Source: a virus (lineage: Duplodnaviria; Caudoviricetes). From it: DNA of 32,514 bases. A program made the position numbers and the translations under genes. Location: positions 1-32,514 of IMG/VR virus record IMGVR_UViG_3300037961_003355, one strand, 5' to 3'. Shown one piece after another: positions 9,491-19,455 of this stretch. Under the pieces are notes generated by a model. That model had not been told where the DNA came from. It was given only the letters and a program-made list of their open reading frames with translations, and ran no database searches. The stretch's first letter is position 1. Each line of letters begins with the position of its first letter.

Positions 9491-9527
9491 AAGGGGTAGG
9501 TGGTTTTATATCTGCCTACCCTTTTTT
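9491..9527 (+). terminator. Rho-independent terminator
   Basis: GGGTAGGTGG/TCTGCCTACCC stem followed by a T-run. Confidence 0.75.
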
Positions 9528-9541
9528 AATATATTAAACAA

Positions 9542-10090
9542 ATGGCGTGTAATTTAACAGCGGGAAGAAAAGAACCCTGTAAAGACGTAGTTGGAGGTAT
9601 TAGCAAAGTCTATTTTACGGACTTTGGGGGTTACGGAACTGTAACACAAACTAATGACGAGATTACAGATATGTCGGGTACTTTTACTGCCTTTGAATAC
9701 GAATTAAAGGGTAATAGCAGCTTTGAGCAAGCTATTAACTCTTCTAGAGAAAATGGAACTACATTTTTTGAGCAAACCTTAAATCTTACCCTTAAGAAAT
9801 TATCTAAAGAAGATAACAAGGAATTAAAGCTATTGGCTTATGGCAGACCACATGTTGCAATTGAGGATTACAACGGTAATGTTTTTGTAATGGGTCTAGA
9901 GCACGGAGCAGAAGTAAGTGGCGGAAGTATAGTTACGGGAGCTGCGATGGGAGATCTAAGCGGTTATACGTTAACCTTAACTGCGCAAGAAACTTTACCA
10001 GCAAACTTTGTAGATTCACCTACTGCTACTGACCCATTTGCAGGAATGGGGAGTGCAACTGTTACAGTAACAGAAGGAACTAACTCTTAA
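9542..10090 (+). CDS. Major tail tube protein (putative)
   Basis: 182 aa; MAC.LT.GR..PCK..VGGI start, ENGTTFFEQTL and GDLSGYTLTL motifs; own terminator. Confidence 0.65.
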   Translation: MACNLTAGRKEPCKDVVGGISKVYFTDFGGYGTVTQTNDEITDMSGTFTAFEYELKGNSSFEQAINSSRENGTTFFEQTLNLTLKKLSKEDNKELKLLAYGRPHVAIEDYNGNVFVMGLEHGAEVSGGSIVTGAAMGDLSGYTLTLTAQETLPANFVDSPTATDPFAGMGSATVTVTEGTNS

Positions 10091-10110
10091 TAGTTAGGGA
10101 TGATTAGGAT

Positions 10111-10139
10111 AAAGGGGTAGCATTAGCTGCCCTTTTTTT
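10111..10139 (+). terminator. Rho-independent terminator
   Basis: GGGGTAGC-ATTA-GCTGCCCT hairpin followed by a T-run. Confidence 0.8.
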
Positions 10140-10150
10140 GGTTTATAAAT

Positions 10151-10175
10151 AACAAAATTTAGGTTTTTTTATTGT
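10151..10175 (+). promoter_or_regulatory. Putative phage late promoter AACAAA-N13-TATTGT
   Basis: Directly after a terminator; ATG starts 7 nt after the box. Confidence 0.65.
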
Positions 10176-10181
10176 ATATAT

Positions 10182-10523
10182 ATGATAATATTACAAGAAA
10201 GTTCTTCGGCACAAAACTTAGATTTTATACCAAGAAGTTTTACAAGCGGTAACACTTATAATGTTACAATAGTAAACGAACAAACCAATACAGAAATTTA
10301 CAACCAAAGTGTTACATCTATAACAGAAAATTTGTATTATAACAGATTAAATGCTATATTTAGTGTAAAACAGGATAATTTTTATATGGTTACTGTTAAA
10401 TCGGGAAGTAATGTTATATTTAAGGATAAGATATTTTGTACTAATCAAACGGTATCTGATTTTACGGTAAATGATAGCCAGTACACGGAGCAAGATACGA
10501 CTAACGAATTTATATTTATATAA
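10182..10523 (+). CDS. Hypothetical structural protein
   Basis: 113-aa beta-rich ORF coupled to the portal gene. Confidence 0.55.
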   Translation: MIILQESSSAQNLDFIPRSFTSGNTYNVTIVNEQTNTEIYNQSVTSITENLYYNRLNAIFSVKQDNFYMVTVKSGSNVIFKDKIFCTNQTVSDFTVNDSQYTEQDTTNEFIFI

Positions 10524-12280
10524 TGGATAACGTACACATAGTAAATTTATCTTCTTACAATAGACCTAAAATTCAGGAGGATAAAAAAAAGGAATGGGTA
10601 GCGTATGGGGATAATAATGATTTTTATACTTATTTGATAGATCTTTATATACAATCTACAACTAACAATGCAATTATAAATGGTGTTAGTCAGATGGTTT
10701 ACGGAAAAGGTTTAGATGCTTTAGATAGCAGTACTAAAACAGATGAGTACGCAGCATTAAGATCTATATTTAAAGATTCCTGTCTTAGAAAAATAACTTT
10801 TGACCTTAAATTATTAGGGGAGGCAAGTTTACAGGTATTATATCAGGATGGCCAGGTAGCAAAAGCCGAACATTTCCCAAGACAAACATTAAGAGCGGAA
10901 AAATGTAACGAAGATGGCGAAATAGAGGCCTATTATTATTTCCATGATTGGGGAAAAATAAAACCAACCGAAAAACCTAAAAGAATAGCAGCTTTTGGAT
11001 TTGGTAATGGTAAGGAACCTGAAATTAAAATAGTAAAAAGATATTTATCAGGTTATGATTACTACTGCCCACCTGATTACATGGGAGGAACTGCTTATGC
11101 AGAACTTGAAAGCGAGGTGGCTGATTATCTTATAAACGATGTACAAAACGGATTTAGCGGAACAAAAGTAGTAAACTTTAATAATGGCGTACCTGATAGG
11201 GATAAGCAATTACAAATTAAGTCCGATGTAATGCGTAAGCTAACAGGTGCAAGAGGGGAAAAAGTAATTATAGCTTTTAACAATAATGCAGAAAGCAAAA
11301 CAACTGTGGATGACATACCATTAAATGATGCTCCACAACATTACGAATATCTATCTAATGAGTGTGTAAGCAAATTAATGGTAGCACATAGGATTACATC
11401 ACCTTTACTTTTAGGAATAAGGGACGGAAATAATGGACTTGGTAATAATGCTGATGAAATTAAGACAGCTTCATTACTATTTAATAATACAACTATTAGA
11501 CCTTACCAAGATTTAATAATTGATGCTATAGATGATATTTTAGCAGTAAACGGTATTGCTTTAAAATTATATTTTAAGACGCTACAGCCACTTGAATTTA
11601 TAGAAACGGATAATGCTATTACAAATGAAGCTAGGGAAGAAGAGACGGGTGTTAAATTAGCTAAAAACGACATCCCCTTTCTATCCGATGAAGAGGGAGA
11701 GGAAATTTGGTCTTTAATAAAAGAATTAGGTGAGGATGAGGATTTTGAAAATTACGAATTATTGGATGTAGAGGATACAGGGGATGAACCGGAAGATTTT
11801 AATGCAGAAGAATATTTGAATGGTTTAAAATTATCAGCAAATGATGATTCTGCACAAGATAATAAAATGTTTAAGGTTAGGTATAAGTATGTAAAGGGCA
11901 CAAGAAAAAGTCCAAAAGGACCATCTAGACCGTTTTGTAGAGAAATGATGTCAGCGGGTAAATTATACAGAAAAGAAGATATAGCACAAATGTCTTTTAG
12001 GGGTGTAAATAAAAAACACGGTCATAACGGTCAAAATTATTCCCTCTTTCGCTGGCAAGGCGGCGTAAACTGCTACCATAGATGGGAGAGAAGGGTGTAT
12101 AAAAAAAGATTAAAAGATAATGGCGAACCGTATGCAGGTGGTGCATTAGATAACACAAGATTTGTTAATGTAAACCAAGCAATCCGGGAGGGATTTAAAA
12201 TACCTCAAAACCCAAAGGAAGTTGCTGAAGCAAATATTACCCGATCAGATAGAGGACATCACCCAAATTATACAGGATAA
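10523..12280 (+). CDS. Portal protein with C-terminal minor-head (MuF-like) domain
   Basis: Portal-like core (NGFSG, IMVAH-like 'LMVAHRITSPLLLG', 'TIRPYQ'); C-terminal SRPFC...GGVNCYHRW. Confidence 0.7.
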   Translation: MDNVHIVNLSSYNRPKIQEDKKKEWVAYGDNNDFYTYLIDLYIQSTTNNAIINGVSQMVYGKGLDALDSSTKTDEYAALRSIFKDSCLRKITFDLKLLGEASLQVLYQDGQVAKAEHFPRQTLRAEKCNEDGEIEAYYYFHDWGKIKPTEKPKRIAAFGFGNGKEPEIKIVKRYLSGYDYYCPPDYMGGTAYAELESEVADYLINDVQNGFSGTKVVNFNNGVPDRDKQLQIKSDVMRKLTGARGEKVIIAFNNNAESKTTVDDIPLNDAPQHYEYLSNECVSKLMVAHRITSPLLLGIRDGNNGLGNNADEIKTASLLFNNTTIRPYQDLIIDAIDDILAVNGIALKLYFKTLQPLEFIETDNAITNEAREEETGVKLAKNDIPFLSDEEGEEIWSLIKELGEDEDFENYELLDVEDTGDEPEDFNAEEYLNGLKLSANDDSAQDNKMFKVRYKYVKGTRKSPKGPSRPFCREMMSAGKLYRKEDIAQMSFRGVNKKHGHNGQNYSLFRWQGGVNCYHRWERRVYKKRLKDNGEPYAGGALDNTRFVNVNQAIREGFKIPQNPKEVAEANITRSDRGHHPNYTG

Positions 12281-12783
12281 TGGCAGAAGGATTATTTATA
12301 ACACGGAAAGATCTAGTTAAGTTTACTTCTGTAAATGGCAACGTAGATAGCGATAAGTTTTTGCAGTACATAAAGATTGCACAAGACATACATATTAGAA
12401 ACTACTTAGGAACTGACCTATACAACAAAATACAAGACGATATAGAAGCCAGTAGTTTAACAGGTGATTATTTAAGTCTTGTTACTGACTATGTAAAGCC
12501 CATGTTAATACATTGGGCAATGGTTGAGTATTTGCCTTTTGCTGCTTATACTATTGCAAATAAAGGGGTATTTAAACATGGTAGCGAAAATGCAGCTAAC
12601 GTAGAAAAGGATGAGGTTGATTTTTTAATAGAAAAAGAAAGAAATATAGCCCAATATTACACTGATAGATTCATAGATTACATGTCTTTTAATGCAAGTG
12701 GTAAATACCCGGAGTATTTTACTAACTCTAATGATGATGTATACCCTGATAAAAATGCAAATTTTGAGGGATGGGTACTTTAA
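12280..12783 (+). CDS. Head-tail adaptor/connector (putative)
   Basis: 167-aa helical protein following portal; AQDIHI..YLGT.LY motif. Confidence 0.55.
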   Translation: MAEGLFITRKDLVKFTSVNGNVDSDKFLQYIKIAQDIHIRNYLGTDLYNKIQDDIEASSLTGDYLSLVTDYVKPMLIHWAMVEYLPFAAYTIANKGVFKHGSENAANVEKDEVDFLIEKERNIAQYYTDRFIDYMSFNASGKYPEYFTNSNDDVYPDKNANFEGWVL

Positions 12784-12875
12784 AGAATACTTACAAACCT
12801 AAACAGCTTAACGTTGAAAGATTAAAAAGCTATTTGGAAAAAAGTTATATAACAAAAAAGAAAAAAAAGTATTAA
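12771..12875 (+). CDS. Small basic hypothetical protein (34 aa, MGTLKNTYKPKQLNVERLKSYL...)
   Basis: Hand-translated; fills the intergenic gap and overlaps the upstream stop. Confidence 0.45.
   Translation: MGTLKNTYKPKQLNVERLKSYLEKSYITKKKKKY
12851..12875 (+). promoter_or_regulatory. Putative phage late promoter AACAAA-N13-TATTAA
   Basis: Same spacing as the other copies; ATG starts 7 nt after the box. Confidence 0.55.
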
Positions 12876-12881
12876 TATAAT

Positions 12882-13073
12882 ATGGCTAACACGATAAACT
12901 GGGGAAAAATATATTGTTCTACTTGGTGGGGAGATACCGCTAACACGACTGATGCTATACCCACTGCTTCTGCACCTGCTTGTTGGGTGGAAGATGTATT
13001 AGAATTATCCGTTGATAGCACAAATTTTGAGGTAGATAGCACACTAATAAAAGTAGATCAAACTATAATATAA
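12882..13073 (+). CDS. Small virion adaptor peptide with VDST repeats
   Basis: 63 aa; WGKIYCSTWWG N-terminus; C-terminal VDST x2. Confidence 0.55.
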   Translation: MANTINWGKIYCSTWWGDTANTTDAIPTASAPACWVEDVLELSVDSTNFEVDSTLIKVDQTII

Positions 13074-13077
13074 AAAT

Positions 13078-13512
13078 ATGGCACGAATTAACATAGGAGT
13101 AGGTTCAGCACCCAACGACGGAACAGGGGATACGCTGAGAGATGCTTTTGTATCGGTAAACTCTATGACTGCGGACATTTACGGTAATAGCTCAACAGGA
13201 GATAGTCTTAGAGGTTCTTCTTCTTTAACTGCAGCAACAGATGTAGATGTTAATTTTGACACCGCAGCAGTTTTTACAATGACATCAAGCATAGCAGTAG
13301 ATTTAAACTTTACAAATGCATCAATAGGTGATGTAAAAGACATTATTGTAACAGATTCAGGGGGTACATCTTCATTAACTTTTGATACCACCAGTAATAC
13401 CGTTACAACGATTGCAGGTAGTTATAGTGCTACCGCGGGGGCAGTAAACTTTATACAAGTTACTTGTACTGCAGCTAATACATTTTTCTTATCAATTTCA
13501 CAAAGCGTATAA
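13078..13512 (+). CDS. Fibre-attachment protein with T4 gp9/gp10-like N-terminal motif
   Basis: INIGVGSAPNDGTGDTLRDAF motif. Confidence 0.6.
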   Translation: MARINIGVGSAPNDGTGDTLRDAFVSVNSMTADIYGNSSTGDSLRGSSSLTAATDVDVNFDTAAVFTMTSSIAVDLNFTNASIGDVKDIIVTDSGGTSSLTFDTTSNTVTTIAGSYSATAGAVNFIQVTCTAANTFFLSISQSV

Positions 13513-13514
13513 TT

Positions 13515-14072
13515 ATGAAAGCAGCAGTAGAGAACGGAAGAATAGTAAACATATATAAAAGTTTACCTAACAAATTAAAAACTCCCAAGAAATACATTTT
13601 AGGAGGTGCAAACAACCTGTCGAAAGAAGAACTTGAAGCTATTGGTATTTATGATGTGGTAAGACCCGGATATAATCAATTAACTCAAACCAAAGGCGGT
13701 CTTTATTTTGATAAAAAGAAAAAAATAGTAACCTATGATGTTACTGATATTGACTTTAATCAAGAGGTGGATGTTATAGGAGAAGATGGTGAGCCAACAG
13801 GTGAAAAAGAAAAAAGGTATAAGTTAGCCGACATCAAGGCAAGTAAGATAGCAGAGATTAAGTCAAAAGCAGGTAAGTTATTACAACCTACCGATTGGCA
13901 AGTTATAAGAAAATCAGAGAGAGATGTTGCTATTAGTTCAGATGTTGCAACAGAAAGAGCAAGTATTTTGGCAGAAGCCGACAGGTTGGAAGCTGAAGTA
14001 AATGCCAAGAAGTCTTATAAGACTGCATTGCAATACAACGTACAATTTTTCCCTCCATCTGAAGAAGAATAA
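13515..14072 (+). CDS. Tail fibre assembly/chaperone-like protein
   Basis: C-terminal LLQPTDWQVIRKSER motif; adjacent to the fibre gene. Confidence 0.55.
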   Translation: MKAAVENGRIVNIYKSLPNKLKTPKKYILGGANNLSKEELEAIGIYDVVRPGYNQLTQTKGGLYFDKKKKIVTYDVTDIDFNQEVDVIGEDGEPTGEKEKRYKLADIKASKIAEIKSKAGKLLQPTDWQVIRKSERDVAISSDVATERASILAEADRLEAEVNAKKSYKTALQYNVQFFPPSEEE

Positions 14073-14074
14073 AT

Positions 14075-17059
14075 ATGGCTTTAGGCAAAAGATTAATTAA
14101 TACAGGTTCAGCAGCAGCAACTTGTAATACCGATTCAGTACAAGTATTTGGTGCTGATAACGCATACAGTAGTAATATAGCTTTATATCAGCTTGATGGT
14201 AATGATGATGATACTACAGGGAGTTTTAGTGGTACAAGCGACCCAAACGTAACTTATTCGGCTACAGGTGCAAAGTTTGGACAAGCCGCCACATTTAATG
14301 GCAGTAGTAGCTACATAGCTTTAAGTGGCAATCCAATAAATGGCTTAAGTAATATTTCCATTTCATTTTGGATAAAACCAGATGATGTATCTTCTGACCA
14401 ATATATAACCACTTTTGTCAATTCAGATGGTGGATGGAATGGGTTTGGAATTAGAATAAGTTCATCTGCTAAAATACAGATTGTAAGAGCCAATAGTGGC
14501 ACAGTTACCACAAGCGAAAACAGTACCGCAAGTTTATCAACAGGTAGTTGGAAACACATTGTTGTTACATCATCTCAATCTGAACTTAAAATATATATTG
14601 ACGGAGTTTTAGATTCAACTCATTCTATTTCTGGTTTTACAACAAATAATACAGGTGAGTACAATATTGGTGCGTTAAAAAACGCTGGGTCATACTCACA
14701 ATTTTATGATGGAGTTTTAGATGAAGTAAGGGTTTTTAACAAGGTTATATCATCGCAAGATGTATCAACGCTTTACGCTGAAACTTCATCTACTGCATCT
14801 GATACCAATCCATTTGACGAAGGTGCAGGAGTAGCTTTATATACCTTTGACTACGATGCTTCTGAAGCAAGTGGTTATTATGATGGCACACCTTCTAATG
14901 TTGATTTTGGGGTAGGCGGAAAAATAAATACAGGTGTAAGATTTAATGGGAGTGATAGTTCAATATCTATAACAGATGCAGGAATAGGAAATAATGCAAC
15001 TGCGAGAGTAACATTTTCTGTTTCTATATGGGTAAAAACCACATCAACATCTGCTGCTGCTATTGTAAGTGATTACGATGGTATTGATTATGCGTTTTAT
15101 CTTCAAATGAACGCTAACGGAACACTTCAAATGGGTAATTATTTAGATGGTAGTGGTTCTTTTACAGATGGAACTGCAACAATAAATGATGGTAATTGGC
15201 ATAATCTTGTTTTAATAAACAACACAAGTGATAATACGCAAAAATTATTTATTGATGGCAATAATAGTCCTGATATAAACCAAACTCTTTCAAGTGGCAC
15301 TAAAAACGCAGTTGCAGTCCAAGTTGGTTATTACGCATCCGCAGGAGGTTATGTTTGGGATGGTGAAATAGACCAACTTAGATTTTTTACATCCGCCTTA
15401 AGTGAGTCTGAAATGGACACACTTTACGCAGAAACCGCTTGTACATATACTGCAACTACAACTGATAACGCTTATCCTACTACAAATCTTGCTTACTACA
15501 AATTAGACAATTCAGCAGAGGATGAAAAAGGTAGCTATGATGGTACTGAATCAAATATAGAATACAGATTTGGGCGGTTTGGTCAAGCCTTAAAATATAG
15601 TGGTGCGAGTAGCAACGTAGAAACAACTTTAGCTAATTCAAATTTTACATCTAATTATTCCATATCGTTTTGGGTAAATTTAGATAATGCTAATGTGTTT
15701 CAAAATTTTACTGGTAATTATAAATCTGCTGGCGGTTATGGAGGATTTACTTTTATGAGTAGAGATGTTGGAAGTGGTGTTTATAGATTTGGTTTTATAT
15801 GGTGGACTGGTGTAGGTGGTAATTATAATTTTGTAGATAATTTAGATGTTGTTGCAACTTCAGGAACTTGGGCGCATTTAGTTGCAACTAAAGCCTCAAG
15901 TACACTTCCAAAATTATATGTTAATGGGACTGCAAATTCTTTGTCTTATGATAATTCTGCTACAGAGCACGGAACAACTGGCGAAAACTTGACTATTGGT
16001 AACACTTTAAATACTAATTATAGTGCGGGATTGATAGACCAAGTTCGTGTTTTTTCAAGTGAGCTTTCAAGTAGCCAAGTAACAGAACTTTACAACGAAA
16101 AACCTGAAACAGATACATCTAACTTTAAGACTGTATTGTGGGATGGTACAGGTGGAACGCAATACATTTCAAATGTAGGGTTTCAGCCTGACTTAGTTTG
16201 GATTAAAAAGAGGTCAGGTGGAAGTACAAGAGACCATATGCTTTATGATTCAGTCAGAGGTGCGGGTAATAGAATAAGGTCAAATCAAACTACAGTAGCA
16301 AGTAATGCAACAGATGAATTAACATCTTTTGATGCTAATGGTTTCTTTTTAGGAAGTAGTGATGCTGTAAATGGTAGCTCATCATCACCTAATTATGTAG
16401 CTTGGGTATGGAAAGGCGGAGGAGATGCGGTTACAGACAATTCAGGAGATGTTTCTGCGGAAATATCTGCGAATACTGATTTAGGATTTAGCATAGTAAA
16501 ATATAATGATTCAGGCACAGGCGGTCAAACTGTAGCTCACGGATTAGATAGTGCTCCTACAGTTATGATTACAAAAACTTTAGATACCTCTACTGATTGG
16601 GTTGTTTATACTACGCTTATAGATGGTGGTATGGATTTCTTAAAGTTAAATGATGATGCAGCAGCAGCAGCAAGTAGCTTGACTGTTCCAACAAGTCAGT
16701 TTATATATTCAAGAGGACAAAGTAGCACAAGTATAATAAATTATCTTTTCCATTCAGTAACTGGAGTTAGTAAGATGGGTATTTATGATGGTGGCACAAA
16801 TGGAATACAATTATCAACAGGTTTTAAAGCTTCTTGGATAATGATAAAAAAATATTCAAGTGGAACGGAACGTATATGGTATATCTACGATACTAAAAGA
16901 GATGGTGTTAATGATAATGGATTATTTGCAAATCTTAGTAATGCTGAGTCTTCTGGAACTAATTTTATTGATTTTAACGATACTAACATACAGATTAACG
17001 CAACAGGTGATGGTGTTAATGGTTCAGGAAGTAGCTACTTATATATGGCATTTAAATAA
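14075..17059 (+). CDS. Tail fibre/receptor-binding protein with three LamG (concanavalin A-like) domains
   Basis: Three SISFW..WxH..YxDG..DEVR/DQLR/DQVR units; C-terminal GFQPDLVWIKKR domain. Confidence 0.8.
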   Translation: MALGKRLINTGSAAATCNTDSVQVFGADNAYSSNIALYQLDGNDDDTTGSFSGTSDPNVTYSATGAKFGQAATFNGSSSYIALSGNPINGLSNISISFWIKPDDVSSDQYITTFVNSDGGWNGFGIRISSSAKIQIVRANSGTVTTSENSTASLSTGSWKHIVVTSSQSELKIYIDGVLDSTHSISGFTTNNTGEYNIGALKNAGSYSQFYDGVLDEVRVFNKVISSQDVSTLYAETSSTASDTNPFDEGAGVALYTFDYDASEASGYYDGTPSNVDFGVGGKINTGVRFNGSDSSISITDAGIGNNATARVTFSVSIWVKTTSTSAAAIVSDYDGIDYAFYLQMNANGTLQMGNYLDGSGSFTDGTATINDGNWHNLVLINNTSDNTQKLFIDGNNSPDINQTLSSGTKNAVAVQVGYYASAGGYVWDGEIDQLRFFTSALSESEMDTLYAETACTYTATTTDNAYPTTNLAYYKLDNSAEDEKGSYDGTESNIEYRFGRFGQALKYSGASSNVETTLANSNFTSNYSISFWVNLDNANVFQNFTGNYKSAGGYGGFTFMSRDVGSGVYRFGFIWWTGVGGNYNFVDNLDVVATSGTWAHLVATKASSTLPKLYVNGTANSLSYDNSATEHGTTGENLTIGNTLNTNYSAGLIDQVRVFSSELSSSQVTELYNEKPETDTSNFKTVLWDGTGGTQYISNVGFQPDLVWIKKRSGGSTRDHMLYDSVRGAGNRIRSNQTTVASNATDELTSFDANGFFLGSSDAVNGSSSSPNYVAWVWKGGGDAVTDNSGDVSAEISANTDLGFSIVKYNDSGTGGQTVAHGLDSAPTVMITKTLDTSTDWVVYTTLIDGGMDFLKLNDDAAAAASSLTVPTSQFIYSRGQSSTSIINYLFHSVTGVSKMGIYDGGTNGIQLSTGFKASWIMIKKYSSGTERIWYIYDTKRDGVNDNGLFANLSNAESSGTNFIDFNDTNIQINATGDGVNGSGSSYLYMAFK

Positions 17060-17060
17060 A

Positions 17061-17213
17061 ATGGAAGATTTGAAGATATTCGGACTATACGCAGCAAACC
17101 TATTTGCATTGGCATTTAGTGTAAGTGAGATTAATGAATACTTACAAATGCTTGTAATGGGTGCAACCTTGACATTTACTGTAATACAGATATATAAAGC
17201 ATTAAAAAAATGA
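17061..17213 (+). CDS. Small two-TM membrane protein (holin-like)
   Basis: Start re-called to the ATG at 17061; two hydrophobic segments and a basic tail. Confidence 0.55.
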   Translation: MEDLKIFGLYAANLFALAFSVSEINEYLQMLVMGATLTFTVIQIYKALKK

Positions 17214-17620
17214 AAATGCCCTCAAACGGAGTAGCTAAAGACATAAGACATTATGTGGGAAGCTTAATTGTTTTCTTCCTTGTAATAATTATATTATACT
17301 ACCTTACTAAATATACTATACCTGAACAGAATAGTCAAATAGTAAATACTTTAATTGGTATGATAGCCGCAAGTATTGCTATGGTTATTGCTTCTATTAC
17401 TGGTAGAAATCCTGACGATTTAGAAGCTGCTAAGAAAAAAATTAGTAATTTAGAAATGAAAATTGAAATGCTTATAAGTGCTAAGGATATGCTTGAAAAT
17501 ATGCTTATTAAGTTGCAAGATGACACAATAGATAGACTTATGCTTAATAAAACCCTTGCTTACGATGATTGTAAAAGCGGTAAATGCGGGTGTAAAAACG
17601 AGTGCAGTAATGGATCTTAA
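17210..17620 (+). CDS. Membrane protein, two TMs plus coiled coil (lysis cassette)
   Basis: Hydrophobic N-half, coiled-coil C-half; directly upstream of the endolysin. Confidence 0.55.
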   Translation: MKMPSNGVAKDIRHYVGSLIVFFLVIIILYYLTKYTIPEQNSQIVNTLIGMIAASIAMVIASITGRNPDDLEAAKKKISNLEMKIEMLISAKDMLENMLIKLQDDTIDRLMLNKTLAYDDCKSGKCGCKNECSNGS

Positions 17621-17987
17621 ATATTTTACGTTAAATGAATTCGATTGCCCAACACTTAAAAATAGTGGTGTTAATATGGATAGCAACTTCTTGCAAAAGC
17701 TCGATTACGCACGTGACCTTGCAGGGATTTCCTTTAAAATTAATTCAGGATACAGAACAAAAGAACACCATGAATCTATCTATAAAAAATTGGGAAAGGA
17801 GCCAACAAAATCTGCCCACCTTATCGGTAAAGCAGCAGATATACATTGCACGGATTCAAGAAGCAGATTTACTATTATATCATCGTTACTTGATGCTGGA
17901 TTCAACCGTATTGGAATTGCAGATACCTTCATACATTGCGATACTGCCGAAAAAGGTAAATCGCAGAATGTCATCTGGACTTACTAA
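17610..17987 (+). CDS. Endolysin, peptidase M15 family
   Basis: YF...EFDCP, INSGYR, SAHL.GKAADI, FIHCD motifs; start re-called to 17610. Confidence 0.85.
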   Translation: MDLKYFTLNEFDCPTLKNSGVNMDSNFLQKLDYARDLAGISFKINSGYRTKEHHESIYKKLGKEPTKSAHLIGKAADIHCTDSRSRFTIISSLLDAGFNRIGIADTFIHCDTAEKGKSQNVIWTY

Positions 17988-18010
17988 CACAGTAGGAAGT
18001 ACAATAAGCC

Positions 18011-18211
18011 ATGAGTGAGGTTAAGGTAAAAGCTAATGGATTAAGAAATGAATTAAAAGAGATACGTAAAAGTATTGACAAACTAACTAACGCAATTATT
18101 AAAATACATATTGCACAAACAAACAAACATAATGAGAGTAATAATAATGATACTTGTTGCAACGATGATGAGTTGTTCGAGTATAAGAGAAACAAACCGG
18201 AAAAGATTTAA
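18011..18211 (+). CDS. Small coiled-coil hypothetical protein
   Basis: ORF track; overlaps the lipoprotein ORF. Confidence 0.45.
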   Translation: MSEVKVKANGLRNELKEIRKSIDKLTNAIIKIHIAQTNKHNESNNNDTCCNDDELFEYKRNKPEKI

Positions 18212-18299
18212 AGAAATTACAAAAGACATTTGCATAGAAAATCACAATGAAGCTAAATTAGCACAGATACTATACAACGAAATTGTAAATGGCAGGTAA
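18132..18299 (+). CDS. Small lipoprotein, o-spanin candidate
   Basis: MRVIIMILVATMMSC lipoprotein-type signal; located in the lysis cassette. Confidence 0.55.
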   Translation: MRVIIMILVATMMSCSSIRETNRKRFKEITKDICIENHNEAKLAQILYNEIVNGR

Positions 18300-18708
18300 A
18301 AAAAAATTTAAAGAAACGGTAGTAGGTAAATTTCTACTAAATAAAATCCCCAACGTAGTAAGTAAAATAGCAAATGATACACCAGTAGGTAGTGTTATAG
18401 AGGCTATTATTGGCGGTAGTGAAATGTCAGAGGCGGATAAGCAGGTAGCACTTGAAAAGCTACGCTTAGAACGTGCAGAAATGGATGGCATTACTAAGAG
18501 ATGGGTAGCAGATAGTAGAAGTGATAGTTGGCTTAGTAAAAACGTAAGACCGCTTACTTTGGTTTTTTTAACAGTAGCTTTTGTTATTGGTTGGTACATG
18601 CAATTAGAAGAACTGGATATTGTTAAGGAGCTATTATGGATTGTGTTTGCGGGATATTTTGGTGGTAGGAGTTTTGAAAAAGTATCAAGTATAAAAAACA
18701 ACGGTTAA
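18289..18708 (+). CDS. Holin (3TM/GTA-holin-like)
   Basis: RWVADSRSDSWLSKNVRPLTL...YFGGRSFEK motif with C-terminal TMs. Confidence 0.7.
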   Translation: MAGKKKFKETVVGKFLLNKIPNVVSKIANDTPVGSVIEAIIGGSEMSEADKQVALEKLRLERAEMDGITKRWVADSRSDSWLSKNVRPLTLVFLTVAFVIGWYMQLEELDIVKELLWIVFAGYFGGRSFEKVSSIKNNG

Positions 18709-18762
18709 TAAATTGACAATAATTTAACCTATAAAAATTTTACATATTATTCTTAAACTATG

Positions 18763-18770
18763 TAAATTTG
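18763..18770 (+). promoter_or_regulatory. Bacteroidota housekeeping -7 box (TAAATTTG), early promoter
   Basis: Perfect TAnnTTTG in the intergenic gap before the early module. Confidence 0.55.
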
Positions 18771-18814
18771 GTGGGTTAGTGGTAAATAATGTTAAATATT
18801 TTAAATTCTTAAAA

Positions 18815-19057
18815 ATGCCTGAAGACACTACAATTAGACAACTTGCTGAAAAAATTGCTAAAGATTTCGCTATTTCTGTTAAAGAAAGAACGGATTTGAT
18901 GTTACAATTAGATGCTAATCAATATACCAATTTAGGTACCGATAGCTTAATTAGCGAAAAAAAAAAGGTAAAGTCTGATAGTAAGTATATATATAAAATG
19001 ATTCAGGGTATCGATGAAATATTGGGCAAAAGTTTATTAAAATCCATGGATGCATAA
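18815..19057 (+). CDS. Hypothetical protein
   Basis: ORF track; start re-called to the ATG at 18815. Confidence 0.6.
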   Translation: MPEDTTIRQLAEKIAKDFAISVKERTDLMLQLDANQYTNLGTDSLISEKKKVKSDSKYIYKMIQGIDEILGKSLLKSMDA

Positions 19058-19430
19058 ATCCAAAAGATCCAGATTAGTTAAAAAATTAGATGTATTATTT
19101 AGCCAATATACCAGGTTAAGTAATTCCGATAAGGATGGTTTTTGTACATGTGTTACTTGCGGTAAAAAATACCACTGGAAAAAAATACAAGCTGGTCATT
19201 TTATGAGTAGGAAGCATTACAGTACCAGATGGATGGAAGATAATGTTAAACCCCAATGTTTTAGTTGTAACGTTATGCAACATGGGAAACAGTATGAATT
19301 TGGTTTATATCTTGGTAATAATTTAAGCGAAAAAATTCATTCGATAAGCAAAAGTATAGTTAAATTTACTGACGATGATTTGGAGGATAAGATAAAATAT
19401 TATTCTGACAAATTAAAACTTTTTCTGTAA
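19050..19430 (+). CDS. ninG: NinG/Rap-like recombination endonuclease
   Basis: LDVLFSQY.R, CVTCG, AGHFMSR, NVKPQCFSCN motifs. Confidence 0.8.
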   Translation: MHKSKRSRLVKKLDVLFSQYTRLSNSDKDGFCTCVTCGKKYHWKKIQAGHFMSRKHYSTRWMEDNVKPQCFSCNVMQHGKQYEFGLYLGNNLSEKIHSISKSIVKFTDDDLEDKIKYYSDKLKLFL

Positions 19431-19455
19431 AAAGAGTTTATTGTTTTTTTGTTTT

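Noticed and set aside
14075-17059. Diversity-generating retroelement acting on the fibre gene
   Set aside because: No reverse transcriptase and no near-identical TR/VR pair; the LamG repeats are highly diverged
18713-18735. E. coli-type promoter TTGACA...TATAAA
   Set aside because: The spacer is only 11 nt; the nearby TAnnTTTG box fits better
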